A stretch of DNA of 64,000 nucleotides, from NCBI GenBank assembly GCA_963779615.1, contig CAVZZA010000003.1, forward strand, positions 320,001 through 384,000, in the 5' to 3' direction. This DNA is from an uncultured Nitrososphaeraceae archaeon. GTDB lineage: Archaea > Thermoproteota > Nitrososphaeria > Nitrososphaerales > Nitrososphaeraceae. Under the pieces are notes generated by a model, which worked only from the letters and a program-made list of their open reading frames with translations, was not told the DNA's origin and did no database searches. The translations under genes and the position numbers were made by a program. Numbering within the stretch: position 1 is the stretch's first letter; the number at the start of each line of letters is the position of its first letter. Shown here piece after piece: positions 41,902-53,221 of this stretch.

Positions 41902-42756
41902 GATGTAGCCCCAATGGCACAAGCATAAAATTAGCATTTAAAATTACAATAGGCTTCACACACACCACCAACCATCATGATAATTTTTTTTAAGGCCAGT
42001 TCCAATACATTCACATGTTTGATCTTTCTGTTCTAGAAAGTTTTACCAGTATCTCCCGAATCCCCCAAAACAATTGGGGAACAGTCAATTTAGTCCAACC
42101 CATCCATACCAAATTAAGGCATTGCTTTAGAGGGATTTTTTCACCTTCAACCACAATGCTTCTTCTTGCAAGTATTTTTTTTAAAAAGACACCCAGATGT
42201 GCATTAGGGCGTTTTTTGTCGCGGAAAAGTCATCGGTTTTAACTCATCAGATGATGTTTATCCCCTTATCCTTTATTTTTTCATAAAGCGATGCAAAATC
42301 AAACTACAGAACGATTTTTCAGGTCTGCAGCCTCATCTCTGTACCAAGACAGCAACTCATCTATTTTGCCAGAGCATATGCAATACAGTAACAAAAATCT
42401 ATCAAGCAAGATAAAAACAATCACAAAGTTTAGTTTTAACCACACTGCAAGATTTTGCAACCGCATCTACAGCATAAGTTACTGAAAACGGCGGTCCATT
42501 GGTTTTATGGAGCACCGCCAAGGCACCTGCAAATGTAAACGAACCTGCACTAAAGGGTTTGTCGGTAACCGTAAGAAGCATCCGAAAACATGGTCATTGC
42601 AGATAATGCAATTGGTGTTCATCAAACCATCTGGCATTGGACGGTTCCCCCATGTTTTTCACCGGGTTTTACTTTTGGTTGAAACATGTGAAGCACCTCC
42701 AATTCAACCACACAACATTGAAAAAGCTTTTATAAAAAAGAAAATTAAGATATGGT

Positions 42757-43173
42757 ATGTCATTTATTGATTTTTCAGAACTAATAAAATCACACAAGGG
42801 AGTAAGTACATCCGACGGACAGGATTGCGGTAACGTAATTGGAGAAAGGGACGACTCTGTATTGGTAGAAAGAAATGTAATGCACGAACATATTTACGTC
42901 ATACCAAAGTCAAAGATTCAGGGATATGATGGCGCACGATTGATACTGAATGTTCCGGAGGCAGACTTGAAGTCTTTTGAAGAAAAAAGAGACGGTAGCA
43001 AAAACTCCAGCGACGATTCGGGAAAATCAGCAGGAATCACAGACACCATTTCCGGTACATTAGACAAAATTAAAGACACAACCATTGGAGTCAAAGACAA
43101 AGTTGTAGATACATCCAAAGAAGTTGCAGGGAAAACAAAAAACACACTAACTCCAGATTCTTCATCTGGTTAG
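42757..43173 (+). CDS. hypothetical protein, PRC-barrel/DUF2171-like N-terminus with LEA-like tail
   Basis: KGVSTSDGQDCGNV...YVIPKSKIQGYDG; hydrophilic Lys/Asp/Thr tail. Confidence 0.7.
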   Translation: MSFIDFSELIKSHKGVSTSDGQDCGNVIGERDDSVLVERNVMHEHIYVIPKSKIQGYDGARLILNVPEADLKSFEEKRDGSKNSSDDSGKSAGITDTISGTLDKIKDTTIGVKDKVVDTSKEVAGKTKNTLTPDSSSG

Positions 43174-43585
43174 AACAGGCATTTTGGAGAAGGTTATGTG
43201 AGTACTGACACATTGTGAAGAAAATACCCACTAACAGGATTCAGGGACAAAGAAGGGACTACTCCAGCAAAAATAAAAGCGCATGACCCTACAGCTGCAA
43301 AAAAGATCCAAACTATCAAAAAATAAACGAGTCTGGTAGAACGGGAACAGATGACTGGAAGGCAAAGGAGGAACTCCGCAAGCGTGGAATGACCAAAGTC
43401 GACTAACCCCCATTAGGTACCGCGGGTCAGCAAATGCTATAACAGCACCCTCATAGCTTAATTTAAACACATCCTCATCTTTTTTTACCCTTGATGCTGA
43501 TTGAAAAATGACAGGCGCAAATAAAAAATTAAAATATGCCGATAGTTGATTATAGTCCGGGATTTTTTTAATTCCCCAAAAAAAA

Positions 43586-43960
43586 CTAGGATTTACCAAA
43601 CTTGTGTAATGATAAAATCCCCGTTAGTCTCCCAGTTAACCTCAAATAGACAATTTTATCAAATATTTCTTTTGTAAGTTCCTGCAATTTTTCATCGTCA
43701 TTATAGTCAAATTCACTTTCATAGCTTTTACCAATCCATTCTTTGACTTTAATGTCAAGATCATCAGTGTTTGTGTCTTCAACGGTAGATATGACATTGC
43801 CCTCTAGGACTTGTCTAACAAATTCATTTACTGTCGAATATTGAAATTCAATAAGTGGATGCATTACAACAGTCTTTTTATTTGTAGATATATAACTATA
43901 GCTATAGTCAATGCAAAACCAACTAAAATCTTTTCCCTCGCCATAAGGTATTTGACGCAC
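43586..43960 (-). CDS. hypothetical protein (start uncertain)
   Basis: ORF with acidic helical C-terminal half. Confidence 0.5.
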   Translation of the reverse strand: MRQIPYGEGKDFSWFCIDYSYSYISTNKKTVVMHPLIEFQYSTVNEFVRQVLEGNVISTVEDTNTDDLDIKVKEWIGKSYESEFDYNDDEKLQELTKEIFDKIVYLRLTGRLTGILSLHKFGKS

Positions 43961-44195
43961 TGATGATCAAAAAATCGCACAAACCCCTCCCCCACACACA
44001 TACAAAAACAATCAAGCGCAAGCACAACTCCTTTACCTTTTTTTCATTGCTAAAATAGATGAAAACAAATAAACAAACTAAACCGGATATTTTTTTTAAA
44101 CCGCATCATCAACTGTACCGTAAACCATTTTTTTGCGGCTAATTTTTTTTTTAATGTCTGTTGGTTATATACTATGCTGACCAAACAAGAGTAGC

Positions 44196-44396
44196 ATGAC
44201 ACAAAACAATGAAAAGAATTCTGGCGACAGTAGAGGATTAGCCTCTGCAGATGAGAAAACCAGAGAGCGAGTTGCAAAAAAAGGAGGAGATGCGCCCCAT
44301 GAAAAAAGAGGACTGCAGGCTGCCGATGAAAAGACAAGGCAAAGAGTTGCAAGCGAAGGCGGCAAAGCATCACATAAAACCGATAAAGACCAGTAA
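44196..44396 (+). CDS. KGG-repeat general stress protein (GsiB/YciG-like)
   Basis: Two repeats RGLASADEKTRERVAKKGG / RGLQAADEKTRQRVASEGG. Confidence 0.85.
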   Translation: MTQNNEKNSGDSRGLASADEKTRERVAKKGGDAPHEKRGLQAADEKTRQRVASEGGKASHKTDKDQ

Positions 44397-44689
44397 TAAA
44401 AAATACTTATTTTAAATGGATCATATCATTTTGACTTTTCATATTTAAAGTCAAAAATAATCAACAGCAACAAGTTTTCGTCTCAATTGGTTTGCTTAAT
44501 TGTAATACGTTTTGTCAGTTGGTTTTAGTTTACAACCTCTTTTTTAAAAACCCGTGCGATAACTTTCCAATAAAATTGCGAGGATGAATTGCTATCTTTC
44601 GAATTTCTCCTACAAGCAAAAACAATACAAAAATAAAATATGATCCTTAATTTGTAGCTAATTAAATACTTTGTTGACTAATCAATAAC

Positions 44690-44905
44690 ATGAGCACGAG
44701 TTCACAATTAAACAATAATGAATATAATATAATAAGAGCACTAGGGGTTGAATCCGAGTTTATACGCGAAACTATCGACAAATACCAAAAAGACGCCCAA
44801 AATGACAATAAAAATAATCTGGTGGAATTATGGGGCAAGATCAAAAGTGACAGAGAACAGCACATCACACTGTTAAAGGAGGCGCTAAAAGAATATTATA
44901 AATAG
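44690..44905 (+). CDS. small ferritin-like two-helix protein
   Basis: YNIIRAL..E...IDKYQKDA...LW.KIKSDREQHITLLKEAL. Confidence 0.7.
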   Translation: MSTSSQLNNNEYNIIRALGVESEFIRETIDKYQKDAQNDNKNNLVELWGKIKSDREQHITLLKEALKEYYK

Positions 44906-45111
44906 TCTCCAACTTTATTTAGTTTTCTTTTTGGCCAGGCTGTAAAAATCATCTCAACCGCAATTGATAAAAAAATCCATTTTATGTAAAACATTCTAAC
45001 ACATTCGGAAACAAAAAAAATAAAGTTTGGTGTTTTTAGCAAAACATTCAACTTGTGTTTGCTTTTGGGTAAATCAAAGGGCAACAAACAAGTTTAACCG
45101 CCTAAAACTGA

Positions 45112-45666
45112 CTACCTTAAATCCTCAGCATTATCCACCATTTCCATCCTTCCCGAAATCCCGGTGGTGATCATTTGAAATCCTGTCACCAAGAGTGCTA
45201 TTCCTATCAGCAGTCCGGCAAAAGCAATACCAAATACAGGAAATATCAAAATCATAACTGCCAAGACGACTGATAAGGCCCCAACACCTACACTAAAGCC
45301 CCTTTTCCAGTTTTTGGCATACTTGTCGCTTATGCCATGAATAATTTTTGAGATACCGCTAAAAAGCAAAGCAACACCAAACAAAGTTATCAAAATTATG
45401 GAGGCTATCAATGGGTATCCTATAGAGATAATCGCGAGTATTATCACGGCAATGCCCAAAGCAATGCCCGCAAAACGAGACCTGTGAGGTGTCAAGACAT
45501 GGCTGACTATCATCTCTATGCCTATAACAAACAAAAGGACACCAACTATCCAAACTAGTGACATAAACCCTAGTACTGGATTTAAAATAACAGCTACAGA
45601 TAATATTACAATTACTATTCCCAGTCCAATTTGAATTGCACGTTGCCATTTGGGGTATTTTGACAT
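45112..45666 (-). CDS. HdeD/DUF308-family membrane protein
   Basis: Six TM helices in three repeats with Gly/Pro pattern. Confidence 0.85.
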   Translation of the reverse strand: MSKYPKWQRAIQIGLGIVIVILSVAVILNPVLGFMSLVWIVGVLLFVIGIEMIVSHVLTPHRSRFAGIALGIAVIILAIISIGYPLIASIILITLFGVALLFSGISKIIHGISDKYAKNWKRGFSVGVGALSVVLAVMILIFPVFGIAFAGLLIGIALLVTGFQMITTGISGRMEMVDNAEDLR

Positions 45667-46534
45667 GGACGTATCTATCCCATCCCCATCGGACGATACC
45701 TTGAGACTATATCAAACCTTTTTCTTAAATTTGATGCAATGCCCATTTTCTGATTGGATTGTTTAATGATTCCTCTACACAAAAATATCATAAACACAAA
45801 CCTTTATTCAATTATATAAAATTTGAACGATTATTGGTGGTGCCAACTGGCCAGCCTGTTGATTTTTGAAATTTATTCACAATGGATGGATATTCTGTAT
45901 GGATGGAAAGGAGAAAAGCAACGACCAGGCAATCTAGGGCACTTTAAGAAACTCGCTTTTAAAGAAAAGAAAAGAAAAGAAAAGAATTTTTTCTGCCAAC
46001 CATTGTTCATTTTAGATTGTTTTTAAGTTTGTATTGCAAATAAATAAAACCAAATGCAGAAAAAAACATCTTTTATTATCCGATTCCATCGGTTTAGTAG
46101 GCATTGAACTACAAACCGACCCACCACAAGGTTCAAACTATCAAACAAGTATAATTTTCTGGCAATATTTAAAAAAGTTGTTGCCTAAAAACAGTAAATT
46201 GAATTTACAATACTACCCATGTTTTTTCCCTTTCTTTTCCTTGTAGTGTGAATTAAATTTCAACTGTAGCTTCCATCATTATTGTTTTTCAGGCAGATGT
46301 ATCTTTACCCATCAATAAGCATTTTTAGGTGTAGTTTTAGGTTTTACCACACAAAATATCAAATAATAAAGCAGGTGATTTCTTTTGCTGAATGGGTAAC
46401 ATTATGCCTTTTTTATATTCAACAATTCAGCTTTCTCCAAGTCAATGAAGATGGTTCGATCACATAACTATGATTAACCGGGCACTGAAACCTTTAAGAA
46501 GTTATACTTGTAGAATACATGATAGAGGGGTCAG

Positions 46535-47755
46535 TTAGCCGTCTACCCCATACTCACTAGTCGAGTGAGAAGGTTTGTCTTTGAACCTTTCTGCCAGTTT
46601 CCAACCCAATTTAATGAAATACGGAGAAAGAAATGTAGAGATGATTGTTATTGTTCCTACAATAGGTAAAATAAAAGGACTCGCAACCCCAATGTCTATC
46701 CCACCCTTTGCCACAATCAGAGACATCTCCCCACCTCTTGACGAAGAAAGGCCAACCCCTGTTTGAAATGCAATATATTTGCTAAAGCCCTGGTATCTTG
46801 AGGCGAGAAACACGATTATGAATTTCGCCAGGGATGTGGCACCCACTAACACCAACGCAGGAATAATAAATATTGGCAGCAGTTTAATATCCATCAATGC
46901 ACCAACCGATACGAAAAACAATGCAACAAACATATCCCTGATAGGGGTTGTAAGGATACTCGTGACTGAATGTGTTTTTGACTCTGCAATTAGCACTCCT
47001 GCAAAAAATGCCCCAACAGCAACAGATATACCCAATAAATTGGAAATATATGCAAACCCAAAAGCGAGACCCAAAACAGCAACAACCAAAACATCGCTCT
47101 GATTGGTCCTTGCTACGAAATCCACCAATCGAGGTATGATTCGGGAGCCAATTATCAAAACCCCGCCAATAAAGGCCAATGTAATACCTATTGGTATTAC
47201 GATCTCTGTTAATGAAATACTGCCAGAAATGCTTACCTTTTGCAAAAGGGCAAATATTGACAATATAACAATATCCTCTATTATCAAAATACCCATTGTA
47301 AGATAGGAAGCCTCTTCCCTTACCACCTTCAGCTCCTCCAAAATTTTCATAATAATTACAGTACTTGACACTGAAAGTGCCACAGCCAAAAAGAGACTAT
47401 CGTATAAAGAAAATCCCAAGGCCTGTCCTACAAAATACCCTGCAATCAGGGTTCCTGCCTGCTCAGCAACCGTTATTATGGTGGCCCTTTTGCCAATACT
47501 CTTTAGTTTTTGTATTGGAAATTCCATTCCCACAGTAAACAACAGCAAAATTATTCCAATCTCCGCAAAGAGGTTTAGAACATCAGTATTGCTTATGAGA
47601 TTGAATGGTGGGGTGTGTGGCCCGATTATTATACCCGCTCCTATGTACCCAAGAATTAGTGGCTGTTTTAATTTATAAGAAATTATTGTCATAACTGATG
47701 CGACTATCATTATTACCGCGAAATCTTGCAAAATTTGAGCAATTTCTAGTGCCAC
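46535..47755 (-). CDS. cation:proton antiporter (CPA2/Kef-type)
   Basis: KQPLILGYIGAGIIIGP, AEIGIILLLFTVGMEF, SSTVIIMKIL, LIIEDI, FFVSVG. Confidence 0.93.
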   Translation of the reverse strand: MALEIAQILQDFAVIMIVASVMTIISYKLKQPLILGYIGAGIIIGPHTPPFNLISNTDVLNLFAEIGIILLLFTVGMEFPIQKLKSIGKRATIITVAEQAGTLIAGYFVGQALGFSLYDSLFLAVALSVSSTVIIMKILEELKVVREEASYLTMGILIIEDIVILSIFALLQKVSISGSISLTEIVIPIGITLAFIGGVLIIGSRIIPRLVDFVARTNQSDVLVVAVLGLAFGFAYISNLLGISVAVGAFFAGVLIAESKTHSVTSILTTPIRDMFVALFFVSVGALMDIKLLPIFIIPALVLVGATSLAKFIIVFLASRYQGFSKYIAFQTGVGLSSSRGGEMSLIVAKGGIDIGVASPFILPIVGTITIISTFLSPYFIKLGWKLAERFKDKPSHSTSEYGVDG

Positions 47756-47939
47756 AATAAAAATTCATATTGATATTATATAAATAATTGTAATTGTTTT
47801 ATAGATTTTATCAAAATTACAAACAGGATAAAAAAGGCAAAATAGCGATCCTGTCTGTTTTCTATCAAAGCATTTCATCATTATTGTTTTATTGATGCAT
47901 TACACCACCCCCATCTATGCCCTTAAAAAAAATATCTTC

Positions 47940-48341
47940 TTATCTTTGACCTTCCCAATACTCCTCATCGCGTGTTCTTCTAAAAGAAGCCCCCATTGAT
48001 GCAGTGCCCCTTGGTATATGAGTGCCCTTTATCTCCTCAACATCATCATGGTTACTAATTTCTTCGAGCATTTGTAACGTTATCCTGTGTGCGGCCACCA
48101 TATGGGTTCCGTTCTCCAGGAATGAAGCCGACACGCCAGTTTTTCTGGCTAGTTCATCTTTTATCCTCTCTACATTCTTATTTGTTTTTAAGAATACCTC
48201 CAATGTGTACATTGGTGATTGATCTTTTTTCATTAGGACAAGCAATTCGGTAATTAGTTTTTTATCAACTTTAGGTAGACATGCACTCATTGCATTTTCA
48301 TATTCTTGAAACTTGTCTTTAAGATCTTCAATACAACTCAT
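47940..48341 (-). CDS. hypothetical protein
   Basis: 133-aa ORF with TTTTATAA box upstream. Confidence 0.7.
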   Translation of the reverse strand: MSCIEDLKDKFQEYENAMSACLPKVDKKLITELLVLMKKDQSPMYTLEVFLKTNKNVERIKDELARKTGVSASFLENGTHMVAAHRITLQMLEEISNHDDVEEIKGTHIPRGTASMGASFRRTRDEEYWEGQR

Positions 48342-48696
48342 GAGTTTTATGGTTTAATCTTTTTATAAAAACATATCTTAAGCCATCATTTACCAGAGAA
48401 TTTTGTGACCTTTACACCTTGCCGAATATCATGGATCAATTGAATAACGTATATACTATGAAGCATACAGTAGGAAAAAACGACGACATCCAGAATATTT
48501 ACGCCAAACGCCCCCAAGGTTAATTACAAACTTTACTACCAATTGCCATCCATAGAAGAAAATAGTTACGACGACATTTTGGGTAAAAGATTAACTGGTG
48601 AACAATCTTCTCCACCTCCACATCCACCTCTTCACAAATTGAACCAATAACACAACTATTATATGATGATTCAGTCCACCTCTCCAGAGAATAAAA

Positions 48697-48772
48697 GCTC
48701 CGGTGGTGTAGTCCGGTTAAGCATTTCGCCCTCTCAAGGCGACGATCCCGGGTTCAAATCCCGGCCGGAGCA
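48697..48772 (+). tRNA. tRNA-Glu(CTC)
   Basis: GCTCCGGTGGTGTAGTCCGGTTAAGCATTTCGCCCT-CTC-AAGGCGACGATCCCGGGTTCAAATCCCGGCCGGAGCA cloverleaf. Confidence 0.96.
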
Positions 48773-49467
48773 TTTCCTTTTCTGTTCCAGACTATTCCAA
48801 CAATTGCGACAACAACGGCAAAATTTTATCAAAAAGCTGTACAGAAGATGAAAAAATTGGATATCGAGACAAGAACTGCAACAGGGCTATGGGACATGGT
48901 GAAAAGGACTGGGTCAACTGGGTCACCTTACCAAATTCGGTAAGATTGGAAAGCGGAAACAGACCGAATGAGGTGTGGCCTGACTTTAAGAACTACCTAT
49001 GTGCTGAAAGACAGAGCACAAGCAGCATAAGGGACAAGGTTAGTTATGCCAAACGGTATTGCCATGTCCTTGGCACAGGAAATGCATCCGAGTTGCAGCC
49101 GCTATCCGCTGACAAAAAGTCCCACGCAATGAAGGCATTGGCGTCACTGGCAAAGTTCACCGGCAGGTATGATGAATGGCTTGACATTGTAAAGAGATAC
49201 CACCTAAGGTGGTCCAATGGCGGCAATTCTGTTAAAGCCTTTAAAAGCATTTTTGACAGCGAGGGTGAGGGCAAGAACTTTGACTCAATGGCAAGGTGGA
49301 TCAGGGATGTCTCGGCGACCCTGCCTGCAGAATACAAAAATATCCTGGCGTTCAACACGCTAACCGGCCTTAGGCCAGATTAAGCCCAAAAGTCCATTCA
49401 CTTGATAAAGACAAATGGGAAAGAATACATAGACATAGACAGGATGATACTAAAGCACTACCACTGA
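48773..49467 (+). pseudogene. Int(C) fragment of tyrosine integrase, nonsense at 49381 and truncated
   Basis: Frame continuous from the att; FNTLTGLRPD*AQ (catalytic Arg motif TGLRxxEA interrupted by a stop). Confidence 0.8.
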
Positions 49468-49713
49468 ACAAAGCACAGGAAATGTTGACGGTATCCATTC
49501 TCTACGGCAGTGACGCTGTCAAAGCGGCGCCAAAATGACTTTTGTCCGATGGCAAGGACGTTGGCAACTGTTGAGGTGGCCCCTGACTTTAACAAGATGC
49601 ACCCATACTTGCAAAGCCAGATGAATGGCCATACCCTGGGATGTTTATAATATCAAGGTCACAAGTTTGGCAGAAAAATGGAGGATATGGACTTGCCCAC
49701 CACAAACAAATTG

Positions 49714-49964
49714 TTAAAGATGTTTTATTTTCCTTTTCCTTGAAGGCATTTTCAGGGGTTGTATTTTTTTGAATCCATTTCCAGATGGAGACATGGCCTT
49801 CGTGAGCAATTCTGTACGATGCCCTTGCGGTCTTGCTACAGGAAGGACCCGGAAGGCAAGGTACAGGGAATAAGCGACACCCTTTGGCTTGACTCGTTGG
49901 CTTGGGTATTCCAATATTGCTCACTACATAACTATATCTATGACATTTTCAAGTTAACAGGGGC
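49714..49964 (-). mobile_element. truncated IS6 left end with frameshifted transposase N-terminus
   Basis: TIR GCCCCTGTTAACTT at 49964..49951; KPKGVAYSLYL and HVSIWKWIQK match the IS at 14911. Confidence 0.75.
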
Positions 49965-50053
49965 TTTCAAATTGTCGATACCCACATGTAAAAGATTCAA
50001 ATGCAACGTTTTTCTCCAAATAAGGGAAAAGTGTTCTTTACTTGCTTTCCACG

Positions 50054-50299
50054 CTAACACATTCGTCCAATTGGGCATTGGATTTGGGTGGGGTTGTCTT
50101 TATGGGCTTTATTGGCAGATAGTTCATCAGTGTTTGCTTTTTGGTTATCACTGCTATTGATATTGTTGCTGTTGTCTGTTTGTGCGTAAACCAATGCAAT
50201 GTCTGATGTTGGCAGATTGCCGCTGCTTGCTGTCCCAACTGAAAAAAACACAATAATTGCTGCCGCTAATGCCGGCAACAGAAATAATTTCTTGTTCAT
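50054..50299 (-). CDS. small secreted protein
   Basis: MNKK plus hydrophobic signal, VYAQ cleavage-like site, C-terminal CPIGRMC. Confidence 0.6.
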   Translation of the reverse strand: MNKKLFLLPALAAAIIVFFSVGTASSGNLPTSDIALVYAQTDNSNNINSSDNQKANTDELSANKAHKDNPTQIQCPIGRMC

Positions 50300-50494
50300 T
50301 GTTTTTGGCTTAATGGAGTCAGATTTAAGTGATTCTTCTATATAATGCCTTTGGGCAGACAGAGTTCGAGGTTAACGGTCACCCACAGGCTATTTTGGGG
50401 CCGGCACTGGAGCCACGGCGGCATTGGCCGCCGTCTTTGGATGAAAGGTTAGAAAATTTTTTTACCTATAAGGTTATGGCCATAAAAAAATACG

Positions 50495-51706
50495 CTAGGC
50501 GGGCCTTCCATAGGCGTTGGTTACTGTGCATGTGGCCGCCTGTCCCGCGTTATTTATTGTGCCGTTGCACCCTTCCGAAAATGTCGTTGTGAGGGGGGCT
50601 ATCACCGAGACGGTGTCACCAGCAGAGTTTGCCACATACAAAAACCCGTTGTCTTCATTAAAGGTGATGCCTCTTGGAGCGTTTCCCACGGGTATGGGTG
50701 AGCCCACAACAGTGTTTGTTGTGCCGTCTATCACGGAGACGGTGTCACTAATCAGGTTTGTCACGTATAAGAAACCGTTGTCTGGGTTGAAGGCGATGCC
50801 AATTGGAGTGTCTCCCACAGGTATTGGAGACCCAACAACCGTGTTTGTTGTGCCGTCTATCACGGAGACGGTGTCATCATCAGCGTTAGCCACATACAAA
50901 AACCCGTTGTCTGGGTTGAAGGCGATGCCAATTGGGTTGTTTCCCACAGGTATGGGAGACCCAACAACCGTGTTTGTTGTGCCGTCTATCACGGAGACGG
51001 TGTCAAAAATAGAGTTTGTCACGTACAGATTGCCGTTGATGGGGTTGAAGGCGATGCCTCTTGGATTGTTTCCCACAGGTATAGTATCTATAACAAATCC
51101 AGGCGGTGCGTTACTCTCCATTATATGGTATGTAACAGGGAATGGAGGGTTTATCGTCAGTGGTGTTCCGCTCTCTGAGCCATCAAAGGAGAGAGAGGAC
51201 CCGTTGCCTGTGGTTGCGGTGATGTTAAATGTGTTGGCGGTGGGACATTCAACCATAGTAGAAGCAAAATTACAGACGACATGTTTGGCTACTGTCAAAG
51301 TACTTGTTGTTGGTGTTGGTGTTGGTGTTGGTGCTGTTCCGTTCCCCGCTGTTTGTGGTGTTGGTGTTGTTGATAACGCAGGTTGCTGCTGTTGTTGGAT
51401 GTTTTTGCTCTGGTCGTTAAAGCCTGATGCTTCATTGTCTTTTCCTGTTATTTGCTCACCTTCATTTGCCTGCTCGCAACCGTCAGGCCTATAGCATAAG
51501 TCATCTTGATCCAAATGCTGATTTGAGCGCTCTGACTTAGAGTCTATGTCCTTGTGTATGCTGTCTTTGTAGTCTTTGGTGGTTTTATGATCGCCATTGT
51601 CACCAGCGACGGCGGCGGCATAAGACTACACCGGAGCCAGGTTTGGCCCACTGACCAGCAAAGATGTTAATGAAGATAATATCAACAGAATCTGCAAAAT
51701 GCTCAT
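50495..51706 (-). pseudogene. secreted YVTN/YncE beta-propeller repeat protein with in-frame TAG (51626-51628) after the signal peptide
   Basis: About four 43-aa repeats [23 protein letters not shown]...[16 protein letters not shown]; upstream in-frame MSILQILLILSSLTSLLVSGPNLAPV*SYAAA. Confidence 0.8.
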
Positions 51707-51904
51707 ATATGGTATATTGACCGTTTTGGGGCTTATTTGGGGTAGGCTATATAATACCTCAAGTTATTTTTGTGTTTATCGTCCTGCGAAAAACAGCATA
51801 ACACTGAAACCGAACAAACTAGAAGAAACGTTTACGGTATCTTCGATTTCTATGATGCACTATTCAGCCGTCCTTGGCAAACATCAACCCCCTTGACAGC
51901 AGCT

Positions 51905-52498
51905 TTAAAACTGTCTTGCCTGCCGACTCCTTTCCAAAAGCATCGCGTCATAGTGATCTATCCTTCTCATGAGCTCGTCTACATCCCTTTCCAGCTGGAA
52001 CTTTGTAGAGTTCAGCCTACCAATGTCAGCCGCAGTCTCAATGAGGGCTTGGTCCAGATTCCTGAGTTCCCCTGCCGCCCCTATAATACGGTGGATGTCC
52101 TTTTTGGTGGCTAGGCCCTCCCACTTAGCTGACTGTAAAGATACTCTAGTAGGCTGAACTCCTCATCACCCATCTCCCGATAGAGGGTCATCAACTTTTG
52201 CAGGTTCAAAAGGCGCAAATAGTCACCATACACCCCCAATACCTCGTCTGTTTCCATGTCCAGGGCGATTGCCGTATCGACCAAGCTCTTGCCCTCTTTG
52301 AACAGTCTGAAGGCTTTGGAGCACACTGATAAGCCTTTTTCACGGTATGGAGGTTCCCTCCTCACCAGCGTACCTTCTGAGTATGGTCCCAATGTCCTTA
52401 AGGGAGACATGCGCCACCTGTGCTATGTCCCTTGTGGTCTTGCCTTCCTTTGCCAGTTTTATTACAAGTGTCTCCTTTTCCTTTCGGGTTAAAATCAC
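51905..52498 (-). pseudogene. HTH + coiled-coil protein, two frameshifts
   Basis: VILTRKEKETLVIKLAKEGKTTRDIAQVAHVSLKDIGTIL / SKAFRLFKEGKSLVDTAIALD / coiled-coil tail ending RQARQF*. Confidence 0.65.
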
Positions 52499-52979
52499 TC
52501 TAGACGCATGTACATATGGCCAAAGTATTAAAAAAGTCCTGATTCCCTGATTTTTTATGTCATTTTATGACGCTGTTGCAGGGTCAATCAACATATGACA
52601 AGCGCTATAATTCCCAAACAAGTGATGCTTTAAAAGCCACACAGGCACCTAGCAGCCAACAAAGTGAGTTGTTTTTAGACGCCCAGCTCCAACAAATTGC
52701 GGCCAGCAGGATCAAGCAGAACACAGAACATGCTAGAACAATCAAGGGTGTTCCATATCAAAGCTCGATTTGGACTTGTATTTAGGCAATAAGGGTAGTT
52801 CAACCTTATTATTAAATAGAACATATAGAACAATATATACATATATTATACATTCCCAAGAATATGGCTCTCTTTTTTGTCACCACATTTAAAATATAAG
52901 TGGACATAGGGTACAGATGTTCTAAATGTTCTATGTTCTATCTTAAACATTTAATACTTTTTTGTCCACTATGTTGACT

Positions 52980-53120
52980 ATGTCATTCCTCTCCAAGTCA
53001 GAGATCCAATACCTTCAGGTCCAAAAGCAGGTTTCAGGGTCCTATGGGTGCAAGGCAAGGACTATTTTTCCTTGGGCCCATGAAATGGATACTACGCTGT
53101 TTCCCGATTTTGGCCTGACT
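52980..53120 (+). pseudogene. degenerate Int(N) fragment
   Basis: MSFLSKSEIQYLQVQKQVSGSYGCK aligns with MSLLSKSETLYLQGQKPVSKSYEYK at 54988. Confidence 0.7.
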
Positions 53121-53221
53121 AATAGGAAAATGCTCGGTGTGTCAAGGTGTGTTCCCTTGGGACAAACTCAAGGGTTACAAGACATGGTTTCCGAGGAACA
53201 GGCGCAACGGAAACGACCTCT

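Noticed and set aside
48663-48851. 62-aa ORF overlapping tRNA-Glu
   Set aside because: Spurious translation of the tRNA, in a different frame from the integrase
50517-51494. 325-aa + strand ORF and other long antisense ORFs (e.g. 53119..53733, 54041..54607, 34801..35205, 46575..47678)
   Set aside because: Shadow frames opposite well-supported genes, with no motifs
51626-51628. Pyrrolysine or programmed amber readthrough
   Set aside because: No pyl genes in the window, none known to me in AOA, and neighbouring genes are also decayed
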